This document shows, one piece after another, positions 1 to 8,108 of a stretch of 64,000 nucleotides of DNA. The notes beneath the pieces are model-generated. The model worked only from the letters and a program-made list of their open reading frames with translations. It did not search any database and was not told where the DNA came from. Within the stretch, counting starts at the first letter, position 1, and each line of letters begins with the position of its first letter. Origin of the DNA: Chitinophagales bacterium (GTDB taxonomy: Bacteria; Bacteroidota; Bacteroidia; Chitinophagales; Saprospiraceae); NCBI GenBank assembly GCA_038203695.1, contig JBBRDQ010000001.1, forward strand, positions 14,825-78,824, given 5' to 3'. Both the position numbers and the translations under genes were made by a program.

Positions 1-129
1 CACCCGTCTGGCCACGCTGGTGACCGTTTGAGAATAGGCATCCAGTAAAGGTGCGTCTTGGGCAAAATTACTATTTTTAATCCCCGCTGTACTGGATGAA
101 GGACCTTCATTTGCCAGAAAATTGACCAT
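1..129 (-). CDS. Trypsin-like serine protease (S1C/HtrA-like), N-terminal fragment running off the window edge
   Basis: Hand translation of the minus strand from the ATG at 129-127 gives MVNFLANEGPSSSTAGIKNSNFAQDAPLLDAYSQTVTSVARRV, open to base 1. The LLDAYS..V....V stretch is the usual lead-in of S1C proteases. It is absent from the ORF track because the window truncates it. Confidence 0.4.
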   Translation of the reverse strand, partial: MVNFLANEGPSSSTAGIKNSNFAQDAPLLDAYSQTVTSVARRV

Positions 130-285
130 AAGAATCGTAGTAAGTTAAAAAGATGAGTCGTAATAGGGGAGGGGAGGGCTTATTCATTTTGCGAGAATTG
201 TGCCATGTTTTTGCCGGCTGACAGAATGGCGTCTTGCGCAATAATAATACGTTCGAAATCCCCGAAATTACGTACTTTTGTAAGG

Positions 286-621
286 ATGATACCTGACGAA
301 GATTTACAAATGACCGCCGCGCTGGTGCGCGAACCATTCGAATTGCCAGCTGGCCCGCCGCCGGCCAATGAAGCGGAATTGCTCGCCTTGCTGGCCGATC
401 GGATTGAGGAAATGCTGGCCACCCGGCCGGAATACCTGATGAGTTTATTGTACCGGTTGGACGTGCTGGAAAAATATATCGTCCCGGCGCTCCATCCGAC
501 AGCACCCGAGCCGCCACATATTGGTCTGGCCCGGCTGGTGCTTGAACGCCAGCGGCAGCGCGCCGAAACAAAACGCTCTATTCCAATTCAACCGCTGGAA
601 GATTGGGAGGACTGGATGTGA
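286..621 (+). CDS. Hypothetical protein (start uncertain; in-frame ATGs at 205, 286 and 310)
   Basis: This is the only long + ORF in this gap. A TActTTTG box at 273-280 favours a downstream ATG. I recognise no motif. Confidence 0.4.
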   Translation: MIPDEDLQMTAALVREPFELPAGPPPANEAELLALLADRIEEMLATRPEYLMSLLYRLDVLEKYIVPALHPTAPEPPHIGLARLVLERQRQRAETKRSIPIQPLEDWEDWM

Positions 622-632
622 GAGGCCCCCTT

Positions 633-2267
633 TTAACGCAGCAGCGTCACATTTCCCTTTTTTTCCATCAATTGCCCGCCCGCACAGACGGCCCGCAAGT
701 AGTAACCGTAGGTTTCAACGGGTTGAGCCACGCCCCGGAGCGTACCATCCCATTTATCGCTGATCGTACTCGCTTCGAATACCTTCTCTCCCCAGCGGTT
801 GTAAATCACCCAGTACACAGATTCGGTGAAATTGCTTTCAAATTTCAGAAAGTCATTTTCGCCGTCGCCATTCGGTGAAAATGCGGTGGGGAAAAACAGG
901 TACGGTTCATCACACAGAAAGGGCTGCACAACCACCCGCGCCTGACCTATTAGCGGGCATTCCCCGGTCGAGTCGGGTATTACCACGGTATATACAGTGG
1001 TAACCGGCGGCATCGCTACCGGATTGGCGATACTGGAATCGGATAAAGTGGCAGGAGGCGTCCACATATAAGGTCCGCTACCCGGATACACGGCTGTTAA
1101 TTGCGAACTGCCGCCAATGGTGATAAACGCCGGCGTAGCCGTCACCGTCACGGTAGGACTTAAGGTGACATGAATAGTCTGGTAGGCAGTGTCGCGGCAC
1201 GGATCGTTGGGTTGCGCGATTAAAGCAATGGTGTAGTAACCGGTATCCGGATAGGTATGCATCGGTGAAAAATCAAGGGAAGTCTGGGTTTTATCGCCCG
1301 TCCAGTCAAAATACCACTTATACGAATCCGCCGACTGGCTTTGGTTGTCGATACTGATACCCAGCGTATCACATTGTACGGAGGGCGTGAAAAACGCGGC
1401 ATACGGCGTGCCGCAGTCGGCCACATTGTATTGAAAATCCCGCCGGGTGGTCGAAATAATCGAATCGGCGCGGTATTCATCTACACAGACACCGACCACA
1501 TAATTGCCCAGTTTGTTGGGTACGCCGGTGATAAAACCGGTTGCGGAATTGATCATAAGTGCCTGACCGCCCAGTACATTTAACAAATTATACGGCGGAT
1601 CGAGCCAGGTAATTTCCTGATAAGGGCCTGGATTGGGCGGGGTCGGCTGTGGCGCTATGGCATCGGCTCCATTGAGCGGTGTACAGAGGCGATAGACCAG
1701 CGAATCGCCGTCCGGATCGGTGGCGGCATGGTCAAAGTCGATCGGTTCATTGACACAAATCGCGACGGGTGGCCAGTTGTTGAAAACCGCGCTGCTGTTA
1801 CATTGTGTCAGGGTCGTTTCCGACATGTTTACAATGAACGAGGCGCCCACATCTTCCGGAAAAGGAATATTGCGGATCAGTTTATTGCGGCAGCAGCGCT
1901 GGTAGACGAGCGTGTAACCGCCGGCTAAAAAAGGCAGATTGATGATTGCCTGGTAGCTGGTGCGGTGTACACATACATCGGGCGGCGCAGTCAGACAGGG
2001 ATTGCTAAGGATAATCGGAATGGTATCGTCGGGCATCAATAGCAGGTTAAAGGCACCAACCAGGTTCCAATTCTGGTCAAAAACCCCCAGCGAAGCGGGA
2101 TTGTCAAACCACGGCTGGCCATTGTAACAATCTCTGTACACCGTTAAAGTCACCGCATAATTGTTGTCACCCAGACATTTATAGGTTATTTCCCCGCCGA
2201 CAATGTGGGTGGCAAAAAGTGTTTGGGTACAGCATGGCAATAAAAGCAGGAGGAGAAATAGTCGCAT
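633..2267 (-). CDS. Secreted PKD-like repeat protein with gliding-motility-associated C-terminal domain (T9SS type B sorting domain)
   Basis: It has a signal peptide (MRLFLLLLLLPCC). The C-terminus reads FFPTAFSPNGDGENDFL...WVIYNRWGEKVF...WDG...YYL...GNVTLLR, the CHU_C/type B sorting signature. Confidence 0.75.
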   Translation of the reverse strand: MRLFLLLLLLPCCTQTLFATHIVGGEITYKCLGDNNYAVTLTVYRDCYNGQPWFDNPASLGVFDQNWNLVGAFNLLLMPDDTIPIILSNPCLTAPPDVCVHRTSYQAIINLPFLAGGYTLVYQRCCRNKLIRNIPFPEDVGASFIVNMSETTLTQCNSSAVFNNWPPVAICVNEPIDFDHAATDPDGDSLVYRLCTPLNGADAIAPQPTPPNPGPYQEITWLDPPYNLLNVLGGQALMINSATGFITGVPNKLGNYVVGVCVDEYRADSIISTTRRDFQYNVADCGTPYAAFFTPSVQCDTLGISIDNQSQSADSYKWYFDWTGDKTQTSLDFSPMHTYPDTGYYTIALIAQPNDPCRDTAYQTIHVTLSPTVTVTATPAFITIGGSSQLTAVYPGSGPYMWTPPATLSDSSIANPVAMPPVTTVYTVVIPDSTGECPLIGQARVVVQPFLCDEPYLFFPTAFSPNGDGENDFLKFESNFTESVYWVIYNRWGEKVFEASTISDKWDGTLRGVAQPVETYGYYLRAVCAGGQLMEKKGNVTLLR

Positions 2268-2428
2268 ATAATAGATTGTTGATCCGGTATTTTGTTCAGA
2301 GCGAAAGTAGGCACAATTCTGATTTTATCGGTAAAATTTCCTGCTTTGCTGCAAGACGCAGTCCAGTGCCGAAACGTTGGGCAAACGGGTTATTTTTATT
2401 ATTTTACGATTATTTTTGCTAAAAAACC

Positions 2429-2436
2429 TACTTTTG
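2429..2436 (+). promoter_or_regulatory. Bacteroidota sigma-A -7 box (TActTTTG) upstream of gap; a second TAttTTTG lies at 2411-2418
   Basis: It matches the TAnnTTTG consensus 65 nt upstream of the ATG at 2501. Confidence 0.4.
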
Positions 2437-2500
2437 CGCGGCTTGCCGGATCAATACGGTTTATTTGTCAACATCTTGTTTATCATCATACAAAATCATC

Positions 2501-3493
2501 ATGGCCAAGAAAAAAATTGCCATTAACGGCTTCGGTCGCATCGGTCGCCTGACCTTTCGCAACTTAGTTAAAGACCCCACTGTCGAAGTCGTTGCTATCA
2601 ACGACCTGACTGACAATGCTACACTCGCACACCTGCTGAAGTACGACACGATGCACGGTCGCTTCGACGGCACGATCGCATCGGATGAAACCAGCATTAC
2701 GGTAAATGGCCAGAAAATTGCCTGCCTCGCGGTTAAAAACCCGGCAGAATTGCCATGGGCTTCGCTTGGCGTAGATGTCGTACTGGAATGCACCGGTATT
2801 TTCCTGGATAAAGAAAAAGCCGGCCTGCACCTGCAAGCGGGCGCCAAACGCGTCATCCTGTCAGCCCCTCCGAAAGCAGACGATGTGCCTACGTTTGTAA
2901 TCGGCGCCAATGAAAAAGATATTAAAGATACGGACCTGGTAATTTCGAACGCTTCGTGCACCACGAACTGCCTCGTGCCGATGATTATGACGCTGGACAA
3001 AGCATTTGGGGTGGAACAGTTCTTCATGAACACCATTCACGCCTATACGGCCGACCAGAATCTGCAGGACGGTCCGCACAAAGACCTGCGCCGCGCCCGC
3101 GCCGCTGCACAAAACATCGTACCAACCGGTACCGGCGCCGCTAAAGCAGTCATATTGGTGGCACCACACTTGAAAGGCAAAATTGCCGCGCACTCGATGC
3201 GCGTTCCAGTGGCAACTGGTTCGGTTACTGACGTGGTGGCTACTATCAGGAAAACTGCTACCGTAGAGGAAATCAACGCCGCTTTTAAAGCCGCCGCCGA
3301 TAGCCACCTGCAAGGTATTCTGGAATACAACACCGACGAAATCGTATCGAGCGACATCGTGCGCAATACGCACTCGTGTGTATTCGATGCGCCGCTAACC
3401 CAAGTGAATGGCAACACCTGCCGCATTGTGGGCTGGTACGACAACGAAGCCGGTTACTCGGCCCGTTTGGCGCAGTTGGCTTCGATGGTGTAA
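2501..3493 (+). CDS. gap: Glyceraldehyde-3-phosphate dehydrogenase
   Basis: It carries MAKKKIAINGFGRIGR (NAD-binding fold), the SNASCTTNCL active-site Cys motif and WYDNEAGYS near the C-terminus. The start was moved from the ORF-track 2465 to the ATG at 2501. Confidence 0.92.
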   Translation: MAKKKIAINGFGRIGRLTFRNLVKDPTVEVVAINDLTDNATLAHLLKYDTMHGRFDGTIASDETSITVNGQKIACLAVKNPAELPWASLGVDVVLECTGIFLDKEKAGLHLQAGAKRVILSAPPKADDVPTFVIGANEKDIKDTDLVISNASCTTNCLVPMIMTLDKAFGVEQFFMNTIHAYTADQNLQDGPHKDLRRARAAAQNIVPTGTGAAKAVILVAPHLKGKIAAHSMRVPVATGSVTDVVATIRKTATVEEINAAFKAAADSHLQGILEYNTDEIVSSDIVRNTHSCVFDAPLTQVNGNTCRIVGWYDNEAGYSARLAQLASMV

Positions 3494-3500
3494 ATAGATC

Positions 3501-3553
3501 TGTACTGGCTGCTTGCGCTGCCGCTTTAGTAGTGGGCGTTGGCAGCCAGTACA
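3501..3553. terminator. Hairpin between convergent gap and STAND genes
   Basis: There is a perfect 12-bp inverted repeat, tgtactggctgc (3501-3512) and gcagccagtaca (3542-3553), followed by a T-rich stretch. Confidence 0.45.
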
Positions 3554-3600
3554 AACTTTATCTATTTCAAGGTTAAAATCGGCCGCTAAAGCAGCCGGTA

Positions 3601-5775
3601 TTACATTCCCCGCAATTGCCGGCATCGCGCAATTTCCTTGCGCACATACACATCCGGTCGGTCGGTCAGGCGTAAATCGCCCTTGAGTTGGTTCAGTTCT
3701 TCCACTCTTTCCGGCAAGAGTTTTTGCATTTTCAGCAGGTTGTGCAGTGCCAGATTCCAGGCACCCGCTTCTTCGAATGTTTCCACATCGCGTTGCAACA
3801 GGTTAAACTGCGAGGTGAGCGTCTTGAGCGCGCTTCCGGCCCGTTGATCCAGGGTGGTTTTTTTCTCGGTTATTTTGGCTGGATCGACCCGGTGTACGCC
3901 GTTGCGCGTTTTGAAAAGATCATTTTGGGCTTTATAAACCGCCAGCGTATCGAGTGCGCGATGGTAATACCGCAACGCATTTTTATAATCGTCGGCAAAA
4001 TAGTATTGGTCGCCCTGCGTCAGACTGCTGTCAACAATACTGGCGTACAAACGCTGTAATACGATGGCAGTATCCCGTTGCAGACTTACATCTTTGTGCG
4101 GGCGGATATTTTTCAGGACCCAGAATTTTAAATCGCGGCCTTCGATTGCTGCATACCCTTCAATGGCGGCCGCATATTGTTCCGTGTAGACATTTTTGTC
4201 GGCCTGAATCAATTCCTGGCGCGTGGCTTTGATCCAACTGATCATAAACCAGATGAAAAACCCCAGCGTCACCAGCAGCGACACAAAGGATGTAATCGAC
4301 ACCATGCGTGCCAGGCGGCGTTTTTCGCGGAAACTTTTCAGTTCGGCGGCCATTTCGGTTCGCCGCAGCGCTTCTGCTTTCAATTGGTTTTCCAGCGCTG
4401 CTTTCTCCCGGTCGGCGGCCTCGATTAAACGACGGCGGTCGCGCGATTCAACCACCGCCGGCAACAGCGTATCGTGGCTGATTTCGTAATAAAAGTCGTC
4501 CAGCCGGTTGTCTTTGCGCAAGAGGCGACTATCGACCAGCACATCCAGAAAATCCTGGTTTACCCCGGCATAACTGGACATCAGGTGATCGTCGACCATG
4601 CTACAGCGGCGACCATTGGGGGTGACCAGACTTTCTTCGATGAGACGCCGGGCCGTTGCGCGGAACCCTTCCGGATCCGCCACGGGTAAGGTGGTTTTCC
4701 GGGTGTAATTTTCCGGTAACGAATAGATCTGATTTTGATAAAATTCGCGTATTTCCCGCCCCAAACCTTCCAATTCCCCATAAAAAAGCGGCGTTACCTC
4801 AAATCCTTCCGGTTGCTCCTGCTCGATTATTTTTTCTTCGACAAACTGACACAGGATCTGCAAATTGAAGGATTCAATCTCGTCTTCCTTTTTCAGCAAC
4901 GCCAGATCGGTACTGGCCTGGGCCGGTGCCACCGTTTGCCGGCCGGCTAAAAAGTCTAGAATACCATCCATTGCGGCCGTATTATAGCGAAACCGCGGAC
5001 TGGCATAGGGTCCGCCGGGCGCGTTGGCCGGCGCTTCGATGGCCGATTGGGCTTGCAGCCGGTTGAGTGGTTGCAGTTGGTACCGGCTCTTGAGAATACC
5101 GGGAATGATCGGGCTGATCTCATCGAGCAAATGCAAAAAGTCGGAACGGATTGCGATCACGACGCGTATTTCCGGCGGTTCTTCCCACCAGTGCATCACC
5201 TCCGACGTTAGGCCAGTTTCTCCGGCTTCATAGCGGGCGGCCAGGTTGCTGCGCAGACTTTCCGGCATCGGGCCGTTGCATAAGTCGGCCAGTTCGCTCA
5301 AAAATTGCGAGCGGCTTTGCAGCGAATGTCCGAGCGTGAATATTTCCTCAAACTGGTCGAAGACCAGGATCGGGGTAGCGGGCAGCCCATTAAAATCGAA
5401 TTCAAAGCGTTTCATGCGCTCCCACAGCGTTTGCGGCTGTCCGGGCCGTTCGCCGGTCGTGTTGATACCGCCCATTTGCGGATGCTGCGCCAGGATGTCT
5501 CCGTAGCGCGCTACCAGCGTGAGGTCGGTTTTGTCGGCCCGCAGGAAAATCGGCACATACCCTTCGTGTTCGAGTTCCGGCCCTACGCCCGCCTGAAGGA
5601 GCGAGGTTTTTCCGATACCTGATTTGGCGAACAATACGACCAGTTGTTCGCGTTCGATCTGGTTCGACAAGCGCTGCACGTCGTCCTTGCGCCCGTAGAA
5701 CACGGCACTTTGGGTGCGCTCGAAGGGCTTGAGGCCCGGGTATCGGCGCGGCAGATTTGCGGCGAGTGGCATCAT
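3601..5775 (-). CDS. Membrane-anchored STAND (nSTAND/NACHT-like) P-loop NTPase with C-terminal helical TPR-like domain
   Basis: The N-terminus reads RRYPGLKPFERTQSAVFYGRKDD. Walker A is AKSGIGKTS (aa 49-57) and Walker B is ILVFDQFEEIF (aa 136-146). A coiled coil spans aa 450-490. One hydrophobic helix, MVSITSFVSLLVTLGFFIWFMISWI, spans aa 491-515. A helical tail of about 210 aa follows, containing YYFADDYKNALRYYHRALD. The ATG overlaps the upstream stop as ATGA. Confidence 0.8.
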   Translation of the reverse strand: MMPLAANLPRRYPGLKPFERTQSAVFYGRKDDVQRLSNQIEREQLVVLFAKSGIGKTSLLQAGVGPELEHEGYVPIFLRADKTDLTLVARYGDILAQHPQMGGINTTGERPGQPQTLWERMKRFEFDFNGLPATPILVFDQFEEIFTLGHSLQSRSQFLSELADLCNGPMPESLRSNLAARYEAGETGLTSEVMHWWEEPPEIRVVIAIRSDFLHLLDEISPIIPGILKSRYQLQPLNRLQAQSAIEAPANAPGGPYASPRFRYNTAAMDGILDFLAGRQTVAPAQASTDLALLKKEDEIESFNLQILCQFVEEKIIEQEQPEGFEVTPLFYGELEGLGREIREFYQNQIYSLPENYTRKTTLPVADPEGFRATARRLIEESLVTPNGRRCSMVDDHLMSSYAGVNQDFLDVLVDSRLLRKDNRLDDFYYEISHDTLLPAVVESRDRRRLIEAADREKAALENQLKAEALRRTEMAAELKSFREKRRLARMVSITSFVSLLVTLGFFIWFMISWIKATRQELIQADKNVYTEQYAAAIEGYAAIEGRDLKFWVLKNIRPHKDVSLQRDTAIVLQRLYASIVDSSLTQGDQYYFADDYKNALRYYHRALDTLAVYKAQNDLFKTRNGVHRVDPAKITEKKTTLDQRAGSALKTLTSQFNLLQRDVETFEEAGAWNLALHNLLKMQKLLPERVEELNQLKGDLRLTDRPDVYVRKEIARCRQLRGM

Positions 5776-7172
5776 GACGTGGCGGGGAGTTTTTCGAGGT
5801 AGCGTTTCAGCGTTTCGGTCAGTTCGCCCAGTTGCGCGTCCTGGTTATTACCTAAAACAGGGTTGCCATCGGAGGGGTGAATGGTGCGCAGGGCATTAAA
5901 AACCGTGTCCTGGATGTTCACCGTGCGCATTAACAGCGGCAATACCAGCAGTTTGCGCTGGCCGTTGTTGCGGGTATTATTAGCGGCGATGATTTCATTC
6001 AGCACCGGTAGGGCCGGATTTTCATCGGAAAAAAAATCGGCCGAAAGCAGTGGAATGACGACCTGGCTTTTTTGATAAGTTGCACGGATCCAATCAGTTG
6101 GGTCTCCGCCCAGGGCGTCGTTTGTATGCGTCCGAATGCGTACCCGCAATGGCAGCAGGCGTTGTTCGACGATTTTATACCCGGCGTCATCCTTGGTATC
6201 GTTGTATAAAATCAGGATATCGCCGCGCATCTGGGCCGCATCTGTGGCCGGGCCGGCCTTCATACTTTCGGCGGTGGCTACAAGTTGCGCAATAAAACTA
6301 TCCAGGTCAACTTTGGGGAACATCATGCCGAATTCGCCCTGGAAAAATACCCGCGCCTGCGCACCGGTGTCGCGTTTTTTATGCGGTTTATAGGCGAATG
6401 GCTGCATGTTCTTGCGCTCATTGCGGAAAATGGCATTGAACAAGACCCGCAGGCTCCAGTCGTCAAAATCGAACCCCAGGAACAGGTGAAAAATCGGTTT
6501 GTCCAGCGCTTTCAGCAGACTATTGGGCGGGCCTTCGTTCTGTTGGCCGGTAATCTTATTGATAAAATTGAGTTGGTCGCTGTAACTCAGCACCATGCTC
6601 TGCGGTTTGTCTTTGTAATAGCCGAACAGGTTGTAAATCAGCGGCGGCGCTTTGTCGCCAAATTCGTACAGCGGGTCCTTGGGTTCCGGTTTTTCAAAAT
6701 TGTAGTAGGCAAAACGCTTGGGCGAGGCCGCTGCCTCGTACAATTCGGCAAAAAAGTCATCCGGCGTCGTATTGATAATAATCCGGAACGGCAGGTACGA
6801 CAATTGTTCCAGCGCGGGCGACAACTGGACCGTCTGGGCATGTTGCTGGTAAAATTTCTGGATTTCGCCGCGTAGAATAATATCGGCTACGCGTTCCACA
6901 CTGCGATTGAGCAGCAAACTGGTCACATACGACAGCGATTCGGCTTCTTCGGGCAGGAGTTCCAGGCCGTATTTCTGGGCCAGAAAATTAGCGCACAGTT
7001 CCGTCAGCGGCCGGTACGAACCATCGGGCTGTTTTACCGAAATAGCCGAGGGCCCCAGGAAAAGCACACAGGAGCCGTCGCCGATCTGCCGGGCTATACT
7101 CTCATATAGTTCGGGGGATAAAGTACCGTCGGCGTTGAGCAGCCCGGACGAAGCGAATGTTTCGATTGGCAT
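5772..7172 (-). CDS. SIR2-like (SIR2_2-type) domain fused to a C-terminal TIR-like domain
   Basis: aa 33-250 follow the SIR2_2 layout: CVLFLGPSAIS, IINTTPDDFFAELY, IYNLFGYY..MVLSYSDQLNF and HLFLGFDFDDWSLRVLF. aa 317-440 follow the TIR layout: DILILYNDTKDD, VRIRTH, GGD and VVIPLLSADFFSDE..LNEI. Confidence 0.7.
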   Translation of the reverse strand: MPIETFASSGLLNADGTLSPELYESIARQIGDGSCVLFLGPSAISVKQPDGSYRPLTELCANFLAQKYGLELLPEEAESLSYVTSLLLNRSVERVADIILRGEIQKFYQQHAQTVQLSPALEQLSYLPFRIIINTTPDDFFAELYEAAASPKRFAYYNFEKPEPKDPLYEFGDKAPPLIYNLFGYYKDKPQSMVLSYSDQLNFINKITGQQNEGPPNSLLKALDKPIFHLFLGFDFDDWSLRVLFNAIFRNERKNMQPFAYKPHKKRDTGAQARVFFQGEFGMMFPKVDLDSFIAQLVATAESMKAGPATDAAQMRGDILILYNDTKDDAGYKIVEQRLLPLRVRIRTHTNDALGGDPTDWIRATYQKSQVVIPLLSADFFSDENPALPVLNEIIAANNTRNNGQRKLLVLPLLMRTVNIQDTVFNALRTIHPSDGNPVLGNNQDAQLGELTETLKRYLEKLPATS

Positions 7173-7206
7173 GAAAGAATAAAGACTCCCTTAAATTTGG
7201 CTGCGA

Positions 7207-7214
7207 CAAAGGTA
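7207..7214 (-). promoter_or_regulatory. -7 box (TAccTTTG on the minus strand) for the SIR2/TIR-STAND operon
   Basis: The plus strand reads caaaggta at 7207-7214, 35 nt upstream of the ATG at 7172. Confidence 0.4.
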
Positions 7215-7722
7215 GTTAAGTTGGGGTTTTATGCAAGGGGTGGTTTTAAATGATTGGGAGTCGTGGATTGCGGGCGATCGCGTGCTTACCGGCTTTGGGG
7301 GCGGGGCAAATGCGCTGCTCCGTTACTAGGCAGTGACCAGGCGCGGCGGGTGGATTTCTGCCGCAGCAGTGTCTCCGACCTGCTGCTCACGTACAGCACG
7401 GTGATCCACCAAATGGCCATAAAAGTCTGGCAGATTCAAGTTTCCAATGCAACAGAATTAGGTTTTATAGAAACGAAATTGACCCCTGCTTGCGCGAGGC
7501 TAATCCCGCGCACTAAAAAAAGAACCCCTCGCTCAATCGGGCTATGCCCGCTACGCCAATCCGCAACACACGTTCAGACCAGACTAAAATTACCCCATCT
7601 TTGCAATACACTGCTTTGTAAAAGGTTTGTCGAACAATCATAGCCCGAAAAATACGATGACAGTCCCGCGCAAGCGAGGGTTATTTTAGCCCTATATTCG
7701 CATCGTTAAACAATCCATACCC

Positions 7723-8103
7723 ATGCCTGAATCAGCCCTCATCCAACAACTGCTCGAAAGAGAATCGGCCACTTGGCGGGCCAACGATTTTCAGGGCCAT
7801 GCCGCGTGCTGGCATATTCAGCCGTACAGCCGCATCCTGGTTTCCACGATTACGGGTGAAACGTTGGATGTTGATCCGGCGCTGATGCAGGATGCCGGCG
7901 CAGCCATGGGCGATGGCGGTAGTTCGGTCAATGCCAATTATAGAATGAGCATTCATGGCGATCACGCCTGGGTGAGTCACGACGAGATTTCCACTGCGCC
8001 AAACGGTGCAAAGAGCTATTCGCACGAGATTCGTATCTTGGAAAAGGTAGGCGGTACATGGAAACTGGTAGGGCAGTCGATTCATTTTTACAAGCCTGCA
8101 TAA
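7723..8103 (+). CDS. NTF2/SnoaL-like fold protein
   Basis: It is 126 aa with an alpha+beta cone-like pattern (ATWRANDFQG ... HAWVSHDE ... GGTWKLVGQS). The assignment is by general resemblance only. Confidence 0.45.
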   Translation: MPESALIQQLLERESATWRANDFQGHAACWHIQPYSRILVSTITGETLDVDPALMQDAGAAMGDGGSSVNANYRMSIHGDHAWVSHDEISTAPNGAKSYSHEIRILEKVGGTWKLVGQSIHFYKPA

Positions 8104-8108
8104 CGGAT

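Noticed and set aside
6285-6875. 196-aa + strand ORF antisense to the SIR2-like domain. Similar long antisense ORFs occur at 13937-14803, 16438-17295, 21015-21974, 26827-27579, 31300-32037, 48050-48793 and 51184-51924.
   Set aside because: Each lies fully inside a gene whose opposite-strand product carries clear family motifs. Their translations are low-complexity and Arg/Gly/Val-rich, which marks them as shadow ORFs.
7254-7643. 129-aa + strand ORF in the spacer upstream of the SIR2/TIR operon, considered as a possible third component of the system.
   Set aside because: Its composition is junk-like (Arg/Cys/Leu-rich). It has no promoter box or sensible start context and no recognisable motif. 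I treat it as a chance ORF in GC-rich non-coding DNA.
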